Shown piece after piece: positions 18,999-27,691 of a DNA stretch of 57,373 bases. Both the position numbers and the translations under genes were made by a program. The notes under the pieces were generated by a model. The model was given only the letters and a program-made list of their open reading frames with translations, searched no databases and was not told where the DNA came from. The stretch lies in contig CAZGKY010000001.1 in NCBI GenBank assembly GCA_964525625.1, positions 1-57,373 of the forward strand. Direction: 5' to 3'. Position 1 is the first letter of the stretch, and every line of letters starts with the position of its first letter. Source of the stretch: an uncultured Atribacterota bacterium (lineage in GTDB: Bacteria > Atribacterota > Phoenicimicrobiia > Phoenicimicrobiales > Stramentimicrobiaceae).

Positions 18999-20839
18999 GT
19001 CGAGTAGCACAGTGCAATTTCACCTCTATGCTCTCACGGAACCGTACGTGAACCTCTCAATTCATACGGCTCTTATCATTCTACCTTATGGTAATATCCC
19101 AAGAGACCAATGTAAAAACATAGCGGGCTCTCTTTGGGCAAGTTTCCTTAACCACTCACTAGCTCTACGTTGATGATTCTTGAAACGCTTGTATTTACAC
19201 ATTGCCCATTTGATCAATCTGCGGTTGACCCAATCCATCGTATATCTGACAGCAGAAAAATTAAATCTTCCAAAGTAGTTCAGCCATCCCCTGATCAGGG
19301 GGCTTAATAATTCCGCCAGCATTTCAATTTTGCATCCTGTCCTAAGATGTATGTTCAAAGCTTTCAGTTTATCCCGAAAGGCTTTCGCTGATTTCCTGCT
19401 TACCGAGGCTAAGAAGTTGAATTGCAGTCTACCCAATCTATCCTTTATGAATATTCTTTTGAATGTGTATCCCAGAAAATCAAACTCCGTATGGGGATAA
19501 TTTTCTGTTCTATCTTTATCCTTACAGTAGATTATCTTGGTCTTTTGGGGATGTAATTCCAGCTTACATTCTGTTAATCTCACCTTCAATGCTGCCAGAA
19601 TTTCTAGCGCCCTTTGTTCAGATATACAGTGTATGATGGCATCATCTGCATACCTCTCAAAGGGAGCATCGGGATAATTCCTGGTTATCCATCTGTCAAA
19701 GGCATAGTGCATAAACAAGTTGGCCAGTATTGGACTTACGACACCGCCCTGAGGAGTACCACTTTTCCTTGCTATTACTTCCTTCGTTTCGGTAATGAAT
19801 GGTGTTTTCAGCCATCTTTCGATATAGAGAATGATCCACGACTGTTGGATATGCTTCCTTACCGCCCTCATCAGCAGTTCATGGTCAATGTGGTCAAATA
19901 GACCCTTAATGTCCAATTCAATCACATAGTCATACCTCCAGCATCTTCTTCTGGCTTGACCTATGGCATCCAATGCTGATTTGTGAGGTCTATAGCCATA
20001 GGAGTCTTGATGGAAGATAGGCTCAATCAGGGGTTCAAGGTATAGATTGACCACCATTTGCGCAACCCTGTCACTGACTGTGGGTATCCCTAACATCCTA
20101 GTTCCTCCTGATTTCTTTGGTATCTGGACTGCTTTTACCGGTGGAGGGAAGTAACTTCCCGAGCTCATTCTGTTCCAGATTTTATACAGGTTTCCTTTCA
20201 GGTTCTGCTCAAATTCTTCTAAATCCTGTCCATCAACTCCACAACTTCCTCTGTTTGCTTTTACCTTTTGATAAGCAGTCATGACTACTTGCTTAGAAAT
20301 TTCATAAGGTTTGCTGTCTTTCATCGGTTCCTCCTGTCTTTTGACAGTTGTCTTTTGAATCCAGCCAAATGATACAATCCCTTTGCTCGGTTGTCATTAC
20401 GGCAACTTCTTCGCTACTACGGATTGTTCCGCCCCTGTACTATACCTCGCTATTTCGGCCTCGCCTTTCTGTGACTTGCGCCTTTTCGCTTATCATTACA
20501 ATACAGGTTCCTGTGTTTCGCAATAGAGCCTGTCGTACGCTCATGCCGTCTTCATACCGGTTGCCAAGTAGACAGCGATCAGGTTTACCTCTACTCTTAT
20601 CCTTAACCAGTGGTGAGAGTTAAGTTTTGACAACATTTTACGTTATCGATACTTCCTAGACGGTTCACTTTCGTTCATCTTCGTACAACTTACATGACTA
20701 TTTTATGAATAGCCTTTTCCTTAATCGCTCACTACCATGCCTCTTAGGCACAGCAGCATTAAGGTTGTTTGGTGAGTTTGCCTGTACAATCCTCATCGAA
20801 GGGCCTTCCTTTATCTCTCTTGCAACTTGCACAGCACAC
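18999..20839 (-). mobile_element. RT-encoding group II intron (inner intron B)
   Basis: 5' GUGUG at 20839. DIII-like ...CCGUAGUAGCGAAGAAG.... RT ORF in domain IV. Domain V GAGCCGUAUGAAUUGAGAGGUUCACGUACGGUUC (19039-19072). DVI has a bulged A, and the intron ends ...CUACUCGAC at 18999. Confidence 0.75.
19086..20324 (-). CDS. Group II intron reverse transcriptase/maturase (no endonuclease domain)
   Basis: 412 aa with GVDG, LGIPTVSDRVAQ, GTPQGGVVSPILANL, YADD and a maturase X-like C-terminus (LIRGWLNYFG). GGAGGAA RBS upstream. Confidence 0.92.
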   Translation of the reverse strand: MKDSKPYEISKQVVMTAYQKVKANRGSCGVDGQDLEEFEQNLKGNLYKIWNRMSSGSYFPPPVKAVQIPKKSGGTRMLGIPTVSDRVAQMVVNLYLEPLIEPIFHQDSYGYRPHKSALDAIGQARRRCWRYDYVIELDIKGLFDHIDHELLMRAVRKHIQQSWIILYIERWLKTPFITETKEVIARKSGTPQGGVVSPILANLFMHYAFDRWITRNYPDAPFERYADDAIIHCISEQRALEILAALKVRLTECKLELHPQKTKIIYCKDKDRTENYPHTEFDFLGYTFKRIFIKDRLGRLQFNFLASVSRKSAKAFRDKLKALNIHLRTGCKIEMLAELLSPLIRGWLNYFGRFNFSAVRYTMDWVNRRLIKWAMCKYKRFKNHQRRASEWLRKLAQREPAMFLHWSLGILP

Positions 20840-21488
20840 CACCACCGTACATACCGTTCAGTATACGGCGGTTCGTTAAGAATAAATTACTTGTGCATGT
20901 CATTCTGTAGAATAATAGAATATGCATTTTCACTGTTTCTTCGGTTATCTGACGCCGAAGGAATACTAAGCACTTTTCCAATATCTGAGGCTTCCAGCCT
21001 ACTCTTTTGGAAATAGCCTTCCTAAGAAGTTGTCTGCTTTAATCGTATTTCTCTCGAGTCCTTCAAACTTCCAAAACCTCTTAACGTTCAGCCCTTCAGA
21101 TAGCACTACTTATCATTGAATGCCATCCTACTATGGCCTCTGCTGACTTCTGACAGTTCAGGCACACATCACTGTGTGGGTTGTTGTCAATCCATATTCA
21201 CAACTTACCTGTCAGACCTCCCCGCTTAAGAACAATAACTTTCGTCTCATGTCACCGCTACATTTACACCGTGGAATTCGGGTAGTGTTGGACTTTGTTT
21301 TGTTAGGCAAACTCGTCCATTCCACATATGCCTTCTATGTAGTTTCTGTTCGACGGTGCAAGACTTTGCCTACAGCTTCCTTCAGATTCCACCTCACGGT
21401 GGACACCCTTGCTGTTTGGCTAATGGTTCCCACTACCAAGCCCATAGCAGACTTTCACTGCCAAGTTATTGCCCATGTCGGGCGAACC

Positions 21489-21525
21489 TAGACATCCACC
21501 ACGCCCTTACAGGCGTGGATGTCTA
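21489..21525. repeat. Solo IS200-RE-like extended hairpin abutting the 5' end of intron A
   Basis: tagacatccaccacgcc-cttaca-ggcgtggatgtcta. The core ccacgcc/ggcgtgg and the loop are the same as the RE hairpins of both IS200 copies. Confidence 0.7.
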
Positions 21526-21774
21526 TTAAAACCAGGTCTTTCCCTTACCCAGACTCTGGTAAATCTCTTTGAGAGACTCACCTTTTAGATACCTTCTAAT
21601 TGTCTTTTTTTAACTCTTCTATAATTATATACTGACCTACATATTACTAAGTTCAGTATAGAATATCTAGGCTAATAGTTCGCAATGTGTGTAAACTTTT
21701 TTTCACTAAGGTTCACGATGTATATAAATTTGTTAACTGTTATTTAACAAGATGTTAATTAACAACAGTTCCAA

Positions 21775-21815
21775 AGATAATCAGGGGGCTCCGCCCCCCC
21801 CTGAAACCCCCTTAC
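21775..21815. repeat. REP-like hairpin repeat, divergent copy R4
   Basis: agataatcagggggCTCCGccccccctgaAACCCCCttactc, with the same architecture as R1-R3. Confidence 0.45.
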
Positions 21816-21842
21816 TCTCTTCCAGAAGAGCTTTCATCTTAT

Positions 21843-22076
21843 TTAATCTTCATCTTCCCCATCTTCCAACCTCACACCTTGTAGGTAAATCTCGGTAAGC
21901 TCTGTTTGACCAACTTCGGTCAGTTCCACTTCATCTAAGGTTAACGGCCCACAGTGAGGACACTTAATCTGATTTTCAAACTGAGGCCTTCCCTCGACTA
22001 ACTCAAAGCTTATCTTACCTACCTCAAAGTCAAACACCCTTTTACATTCTTTGCATTTAAAGTTAATAAATGGCAT
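21843..22076 (-). CDS. Small zinc-ribbon protein (FmdB-like) with acidic tail
   Basis: 77 aa. CKEC...CPHCG pair of CxxC motifs and an acidic C-terminus (EDGEDED). Confidence 0.45.
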   Translation of the reverse strand: MPFINFKCKECKRVFDFEVGKISFELVEGRPQFENQIKCPHCGPLTLDEVELTEVGQTELTEIYLQGVRLEDGEDED

Positions 22077-22086
22077 AATATCTCCT

Positions 22087-23305
22087 ATGGAAATTCTATC
22101 ATCTCAACCTAAAATTTCAATAAAGAAAATTTTTAAAGATTACTGGCCAGATTATTTAGCCACTCACCGAGATTCTATCCTGGACTATATCATCATCACC
22201 ATAAAGAAGATGCTTTCCGGTAGAGATCCAGAAAAACTTGGTTATCATAAGTATGCCTGTCCCGAGCATCCCGACCAGTATATAGTTGTTCCACATTCCT
22301 GTAAATCTCGCCTCTTAATACCTGTGGCAGGATTCTTACCGATAAATGGGTAAAAGAGGTTAATTCCCTCTTCCCCGAGCACCCTTTCATCATCTTTGTT
22401 TTACCCTTCCCAGAGAGCTAAGAAAGCTTCTAAAAGATTATAGGTTTTTATTTGACTGTCTTTTTACCGCCTCCAAAGAGACAGTTCTCTCTTTTTGTAA
22501 AGAAAATTTCTTCCGGCAATTGTTTCTTCTCTTCATACCTTGGGAGGAGACCTTAAAGATAATCCTCATATTCATATGCTCATCTCTTCCGGTGGTATTG
22601 ACCTAAAAGTAAGAAGACAGAATAGATGGAAAGATCACTCCTTTTTCCCCTTTAAGATGCTTCATAAAAGAGATAGGTTTCTTTTGGTCAAACATCTTAA
22701 AGAGAAAGTATTACCCACTATCTTAAAGAGCATCCTGAAGAAAAAGGGGAGTTAAAAGTATTTAAAGCCAAACAAGTTTTGGATGCTTTCTGTAACCCTT
22801 TCTTAAAGATAAACTGGTATGTTTATGACTCAACTGACTTAGAGCCAGAAAGGTTTACCGTAGGCTATATTCTTCGCTACGCAAAAAGGCCAGCCACCCT
22901 TAGCTGAATGTAGAATCTGCCAGTATGGAGAAATAAAAGGAAAAGAAGGTAGCTGGGTAACTTTTACTTATAAAGAAAGAGAAGCTTCTGAAGTAAAATA
23001 TACTGTCTTAAGTGGAAAAATTCATTACTCTCCTCATTCAACATATCCTTCCTCCCAATTTTAGGGTAGTGCGTTACGGTGGTCTTTTATCAAGTAGGCT
23101 TAAGGATAGATATGAAAAGATAATCCACAGGCTTTCTAGATGTGAGGCGGAAAGAGAAAAACTTAAAGGGTGGAGAGCGAGACAGATTCTTTTTACCGGA
23201 AAAGACCCCCTAATTTGTCTTACTTGCGGAAATGAGATGAAACTGGTAGAAGTTGCCTTTCTCTCTTCTAAAGAGGGGGAAATGGTAGTTTATGAACCTC
23301 CTTAG
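22087..23305 (+). pseudogene. IS91-family (Y2/HUH rolling-circle) transposase pseudogene, multiply frameshifted
   Basis: Three frames are needed. They carry a zinc-binding-domain-like YACPEHPDQYIVVPHSCKSR, then PHIHMLISSGGIDL, then LPPNFRVVRYGGLLSSRLK...CLTCGNEM. Confidence 0.6.
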
Positions 23306-23546
23306 ATTTTTTTCTTCTTTAGATTGTCAAAGAGCAAAAAGCATATATTTACAAAATTTATAAAGGGAGAGTACGCCTTTTTTCTCTAATTTCCCTTTAT
23401 CCCCATCTTTTTCTATTATTTTTAGCTCTCGATTTTTATATTTTTTCTTATCTTCACCAAGAGTTTTTCGAAAGGCTGTAAAAAGCTCCTAAATTTTTCT
23501 ATTTTTCTCTCTTTTAAAAGATTATTGAAATTCCGAAGCTTGAAAA

Positions 23547-24830
23547 TTATCTTGCAAGATTAGGAATGAACATAATTATATCTGGCAATAATATTAATAA
23601 AATCATTATTAAAGTAGAAAGAAATATAAAAATAAGCAAATTAATGTTTATTACTTCTTTAACATCTGCATTACATAGTCCTGCTGCAACAAATAAATTC
23701 ATTCCTACAGGAGGGGTCACCATACCTATCCCAAGATTAACAATCATAATAATACCAAATACAATTGGATCTATTCCAAAATATTCTGCAATTGGAGCAA
23801 GTAATGGAGAAAGAATAATAATTGCTGGAGGAGTATCCATGACCATTCCAACAATAAACAATAAAAACATCACAATAAGCCAAAATTTGCTTGGACTATT
23901 GCAAATTCCTAAAATATATTCTGTAATTCTTGTAGGAATATTTTCCATTGCTAAAAAATGTGCAAAGAAAGAAGCTGTTGCAATAACAAACATAATCATG
24001 GAAGAAGTTAAAACAGATTCTTGTAAAATCTTAAAAATATCTTTTAAAGCTAAATCTCTATAAACAATTAAACTAACAAGCAATCCATATAAAACAGCGA
24101 CTGCAGCTGCTTCAGTAGGAGTAAATATACCTCCATATATTCCACCCAAAACAATAACAGGCATAAATATTGCCCAAATTGCACCTTTAAAAGATTCCCA
24201 AAGATCTTTTAAAACAAATTTTTTTCTTTTAATTACATCTTTATGTCTTACACCATAATAAATTCCATAAATTGACATGCCTCCAGCAAGTATAAAACCC
24301 GGAATAAACCCCCCTAAAAACATATCTCCTACAGAAACGCCTCCAGTTGAAAGTCCATATAATATCATTGGTATACTAGGGGGAACTATAACTCCTAAAT
24401 ATCCACAAATAGCAATCGCTGATAATGAAAAGTTTAAAGGGTATCCTTCTTTTTGTAACGAGGGCAACATAATTGTTCCTATTGTTGCAACAGTAGCTAC
24501 AGCTGAGCCAGAAATCGCTCCAAAAAATGCAGCTCCAAAGAATACCACTACAATTAAACCTCCCGGAAGCCATCCAAATAATGAATTTACAAAATTTACT
24601 AAACGTCTTGAAAGGCCACTTCTACCAAGCAAACCTCCAGCAATCAAAAAAAATGGAATCGCCATTAATCCAAATGAATTAGTTGCACCAAAAAACTTTT
24701 GTACAACCATAGCCATATTAAAGTCTCCAAATATTAAAAATGCAAAAGTTGCACTAATTCCTAAAGATAATGCAATTGGAACACCTATTAATAACAGCGT
24801 AAAAAAAATACCAAAAACAGTTGCTATCAT
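23547..24830 (-). CDS. dctM: TRAP transporter large permease subunit (DctM family)
   Basis: 427 aa, highly hydrophobic with about 12 TM segments. Typical DctM N-terminus and GGF/GIYGGIFTPTEAAAV motif. Confidence 0.88.
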   Translation of the reverse strand: MIATVFGIFFTLLLIGVPIALSLGISATFAFLIFGDFNMAMVVQKFFGATNSFGLMAIPFFLIAGGLLGRSGLSRRLVNFVNSLFGWLPGGLIVVVFFGAAFFGAISGSAVATVATIGTIMLPSLQKEGYPLNFSLSAIAICGYLGVIVPPSIPMILYGLSTGGVSVGDMFLGGFIPGFILAGGMSIYGIYYGVRHKDVIKRKKFVLKDLWESFKGAIWAIFMPVIVLGGIYGGIFTPTEAAAVAVLYGLLVSLIVYRDLALKDIFKILQESVLTSSMIMFVIATASFFAHFLAMENIPTRITEYILGICNSPSKFWLIVMFLLFIVGMVMDTPPAIIILSPLLAPIAEYFGIDPIVFGIIMIVNLGIGMVTPPVGMNLFVAAGLCNADVKEVININLLIFIFLSTLIMILLILLPDIIMFIPNLAR

Positions 24831-24916
24831 ATTATTTCTTTCCTTATTCCTTCCTTATCTTTTCTTTAAATTTTGAAAACATTACTTTTTATTAGCAATA
24901 TCAACTAAATGTTGTA

Positions 24917-25689
24917 CTATCTTCGAGTTGTCTTTACTCTGATCTTTCCCCAATCCCAAGGACAGCAGGTACTCAACGAACTCAGGTGATCTCTTCCTGA
25001 ATTTCTAGGGAAAATAGGTGTTTCCTCTATCGGTGCCCAGCCATAGCCCGGAAGCACATTGCGAATCACATGCACTATGTCAACAAAGTAAAGCCACTCT
25101 GTCTCCCCTAGTTCTTCCTTCGTCTGTTCATGGCTCTTCAAAAAAAACTTTTTGTGCCTACAGGTCTGCTTGTGTAGGTACAATTTTCAACTTCTGGAAA
25201 GTGAGTCTCTGGCAATTCAAAAGCTTTTGTATTCCCCTCTCCAAATACTTCACCTCAAAACGCTCCTCCATAAAAGTCCCTACTCCCTTAGCATTGTGAT
25301 ACACTTGACAGCTAATCTCTGCCTTCAATTCCTTTATCTATTTCAAGGACAACCTACCGGGATCACCACCATAAGAAAGCTGGTACAAAGCACTCAAGCC
25401 TCTCTTTTGATAAATCTTCCATACCCTCCATACCCTCGCTAACCCCAAGAACCCTGCCAACCATAAACGCTCAGCTATCTTTCGGTCGCTCTCGAGTCTC
25501 TCGATAGCGCTTTTGAATGGCGGCTGTTGCCTCTGCAGATGCAGAAAGCTCCGACCTTTCAAAGTATTGACACATGGTAACAATCCTTTCGGATGTAATC
25601 ATCCTTAAAACCTTTTTAGAATATCTTGAACTGAATGTCAAGTAATTCGCTATTCTCGAGGACGTACATTTATATAAAACTTTTATCAT
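24917..25689 (-). pseudogene. IS630/Tc1-mariner-type transposase relic inserted between dctM and dctQ
   Basis: Fragments in three frames, including EWLYFVDIVHVIRNVLPGYGWAPIEETPIFPRNSGR (DDE region) and HTH-like N-terminal pieces. Confidence 0.5.
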
Positions 25690-25716
25690 CCTCTTTTTGT
25701 ATTCAATTGGAATAAA

Positions 25717-26244
25717 CTATTCTTTAAAATTAAAATTATTGTAAAAAACCATTAAAGCTCGAATAGTACAAAATATAAAGCCTACTACAAGAGGAACATA
25801 AACATACCACATGGGGACTAATAAAGCAGGCGATATTTGGTTCGTCGACTTTACAAATAAACAAAAAGAAATGGAGCAATAAGCAAAATAAGCGTATGCA
25901 ATAATTTCGATTAAAGATCTTAAAGTATTAAGTACATTTTTAAAAAATTTATTAGGCACGGCATCTAATAAAAAAGTAAATCCTAAATGTTTTCTTTGTT
26001 TAACACCCATACTAATCCCTATATAAATTCCTGTTATCATTAGATATCTTGAAGCCTCTTCTACCCACTTAAAGGGAATGTGTAAAATAAATCTTGATAT
26101 AACCCCTGCTAATACTAAACAAGTCATTGAGACAAAAGCAAAAGTAGTAATAACATTTTCAAAAATAGACATCCCTTTATCTAATAAAATAATATACTTT
26201 TCTATCTGTGTTTTCTCTAAATATTTTAAAAACTCTCTCTTCAT
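25717..26244 (-). CDS. dctQ: TRAP transporter small permease subunit (DctQ family)
   Basis: 175 aa with four predicted TM helices, lying between dctP and dctM. Confidence 0.8.
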   Translation of the reverse strand: MKREFLKYLEKTQIEKYIILLDKGMSIFENVITTFAFVSMTCLVLAGVISRFILHIPFKWVEEASRYLMITGIYIGISMGVKQRKHLGFTFLLDAVPNKFFKNVLNTLRSLIEIIAYAYFAYCSISFCLFVKSTNQISPALLVPMWYVYVPLVVGFIFCTIRALMVFYNNFNFKE

Positions 26245-26389
26245 AAAAACACAAATCCTCTCTCTTTGTTAAACTTAAATCTAATATTTTGAACAAAAAT
26301 AAGGAGATGTGTAAGCTAAATATATTTTATATATTATTAAATACACATCTCCCTTCGTGATTATTTAAAAAAATATCTCTTATCAATAA

Positions 26390-26435
26390 GTGGAAACCCC
26401 GTGAGCAAGCCCATGGTATTCCGCCCTTCGGGTTA
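26390..26435. repeat. 46-nt two-hairpin mini-element, copy 2
   Basis: gtggaaaccccgtgagcaagcccatggtattccgcccttcgggtta. 42 of 46 positions are identical to copy 1. Like copy 1 it is followed by ATAAA. Confidence 0.6.
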
Positions 26436-26447
26436 ATAAATTATTTT

Positions 26448-27461
26448 TTAATATTTTGTATTTTTTACTTTGTTTATTTCTTCTTGCGTAAAATACTTCG
26501 GTATTAGCATAGGATATGCCTTCTCCTCCATAGTTTTCATCCATTGTTTCTTTTCTTCTTCAGTGTATGTAACAATATTAACACCTTCTTTTCTCATCCG
26601 TTCAATCATTTTACCTTCTTGATAAGCAGTATAAGCTCTCATAAAATCTCTGGCTTCAATAGCGGCTTTTTCCATAGCGTCTTGAATATCTTTCGGTAAT
26701 TTATCCCATTTTATTTTACTTATAGTAAGAGGTAATGGAGAATAAGTAACATTTAATCTAGAATAATTATTGGCAACTGTATATATTTTATTAAAGTAAA
26801 CAGTACAAATTGGCAAAATAGTTCCATCTACAGTTCCATTCTGAATTGCAACAAATACTTCGCCCCAAGCCATGGGAACAGGATTAGCACCTAATGCAGC
26901 AATCCAAGTGGTTGTTATTGGTGTTTCCATACAGCGAATAGTCCTACCAACTAAATCTTTAGGCTCTTTAATAGGATTACCACTATTAATAAAGCCAAAA
27001 AATCCGCATTCCCAAAAAGCTAAACCTACAATTCCATAATTTTCCAAGCTTTTTAGCTTCTGCTGTCCAAATTCACCATCTAATACTGCATAAGCATGTT
27101 GTTTATTTTCAAATAAAAAAGGCATATCAAATATTGCATAGCTAGGATCAAAATTAACTAATGGAGAAGTAGTGCTGCAAGTCATATCAAGAGTTCCCAT
27201 TTGTAAACTTTCATACATTTCTCTCTCGCTGGGAGATAATTGACCACTAGGATAAATTTCTATTTTTACTCTACCATTTGTATATTCATCTACAAGTTGA
27301 GCAAAATATTCTGACGCAATTTGATAAGGATGTTCTGGATTTAAACCATGAGACAATCTAAGTTTCCAAGACTCTTCATTTGCAATACCATTAAGACCCA
27401 TTGAACATAAGATAAAACATAATAATGTTATGACTATTAAATTCTTCAATATTTTTTTCAT
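26448..27461 (-). CDS. dctP: TRAP transporter substrate-binding protein (DctP family)
   Basis: 337 aa with a signal peptide/TM at the N-terminus. DctP-like LRLSHGLNPEHP...FDMPFLF. Confidence 0.88.
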   Translation of the reverse strand: MKKILKNLIVITLLCFILCSMGLNGIANEESWKLRLSHGLNPEHPYQIASEYFAQLVDEYTNGRVKIEIYPSGQLSPSEREMYESLQMGTLDMTCSTTSPLVNFDPSYAIFDMPFLFENKQHAYAVLDGEFGQQKLKSLENYGIVGLAFWECGFFGFINSGNPIKEPKDLVGRTIRCMETPITTTWIAALGANPVPMAWGEVFVAIQNGTVDGTILPICTVYFNKIYTVANNYSRLNVTYSPLPLTISKIKWDKLPKDIQDAMEKAAIEARDFMRAYTAYQEGKMIERMRKEGVNIVTYTEEEKKQWMKTMEEKAYPMLIPKYFTQEEINKVKNTKY

Positions 27462-27691
27462 AATATTCTCCTTAAATATAATTATTTTATATTTATTATA
27501 TTATTATTAAATAATAAACAACAAACCCTAAATATTACATTACAAGTATTTTAAAATATATTCATTGTTTATTCACCTCTCCCGTTTTAAACATTAAATG
27601 AAATAAAAAAATTCTGCTCAAATATCTTTTTTTCCTATTTTTTATCTGGTTTTTTTACAAAGCCAAGAGAAAAACTTCTGAGCTTGTCAAG

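Larger units (their letters stand above)
18957..21487 (-). mobile_element. ORF-less group IIC intron (outer intron A), interrupted between domain V and domain VI by intron B
   Basis: 5' GUUCGCCCGACAUGGG followed by the same IIC domain I blocks. Domain V is GAACCGCCGUAUACUGAACGGUAUGUACGGUGGU (20841-20874, CGC triad). A DVI-like hairpin with a bulged A lies at 18957-18998. There is no ORF in the ~215-nt domain IV. Confidence 0.65.

Noticed and set aside
20841-20874. The hairpin interpreted as just a terminator or target stem-loop for the RT intron.
   Set aside because: It has the full 34-nt domain V architecture: a 9-bp stem, a 2-nt bulge, a 4-bp stem and a tetraloop. It also nearly matches the O. 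iheyensis DV sequence, so it is treated as the catalytic DV of the outer intron.
21120-21180. GUGUGCCUGAAC at about 21172 (minus strand) as the 5' end of the RT intron.
   Set aside because: It falls inside a ~55-nt expansion hairpin of IIC domain I, between GGAGGUCUG and GAAGUCAGCAG. It would also place the RT ORF about 850 nt from the 5' end. The GUGUG at 20839 gives a normal ~515-nt DI-DIII.
20348-21491. Plus-strand ORFs of 91-105 aa (20348-20623, 20705-21016, 21174-21491), and 19614-19901.
   Set aside because: They lie antisense to structured group II intron RNA (domains I-IV) or to the RT gene. They have no RBS and low-complexity, Cys/Ser/Leu-rich translations typical of spurious frames.
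23566-24876. Long ORFs antisense to or overlapping dctM (23566-24063, 24277-24876, 24376-24573).
   Set aside because: These are mirror frames of a hydrophobic membrane-protein gene. The dctM frame has clear family motifs and these frames do not.
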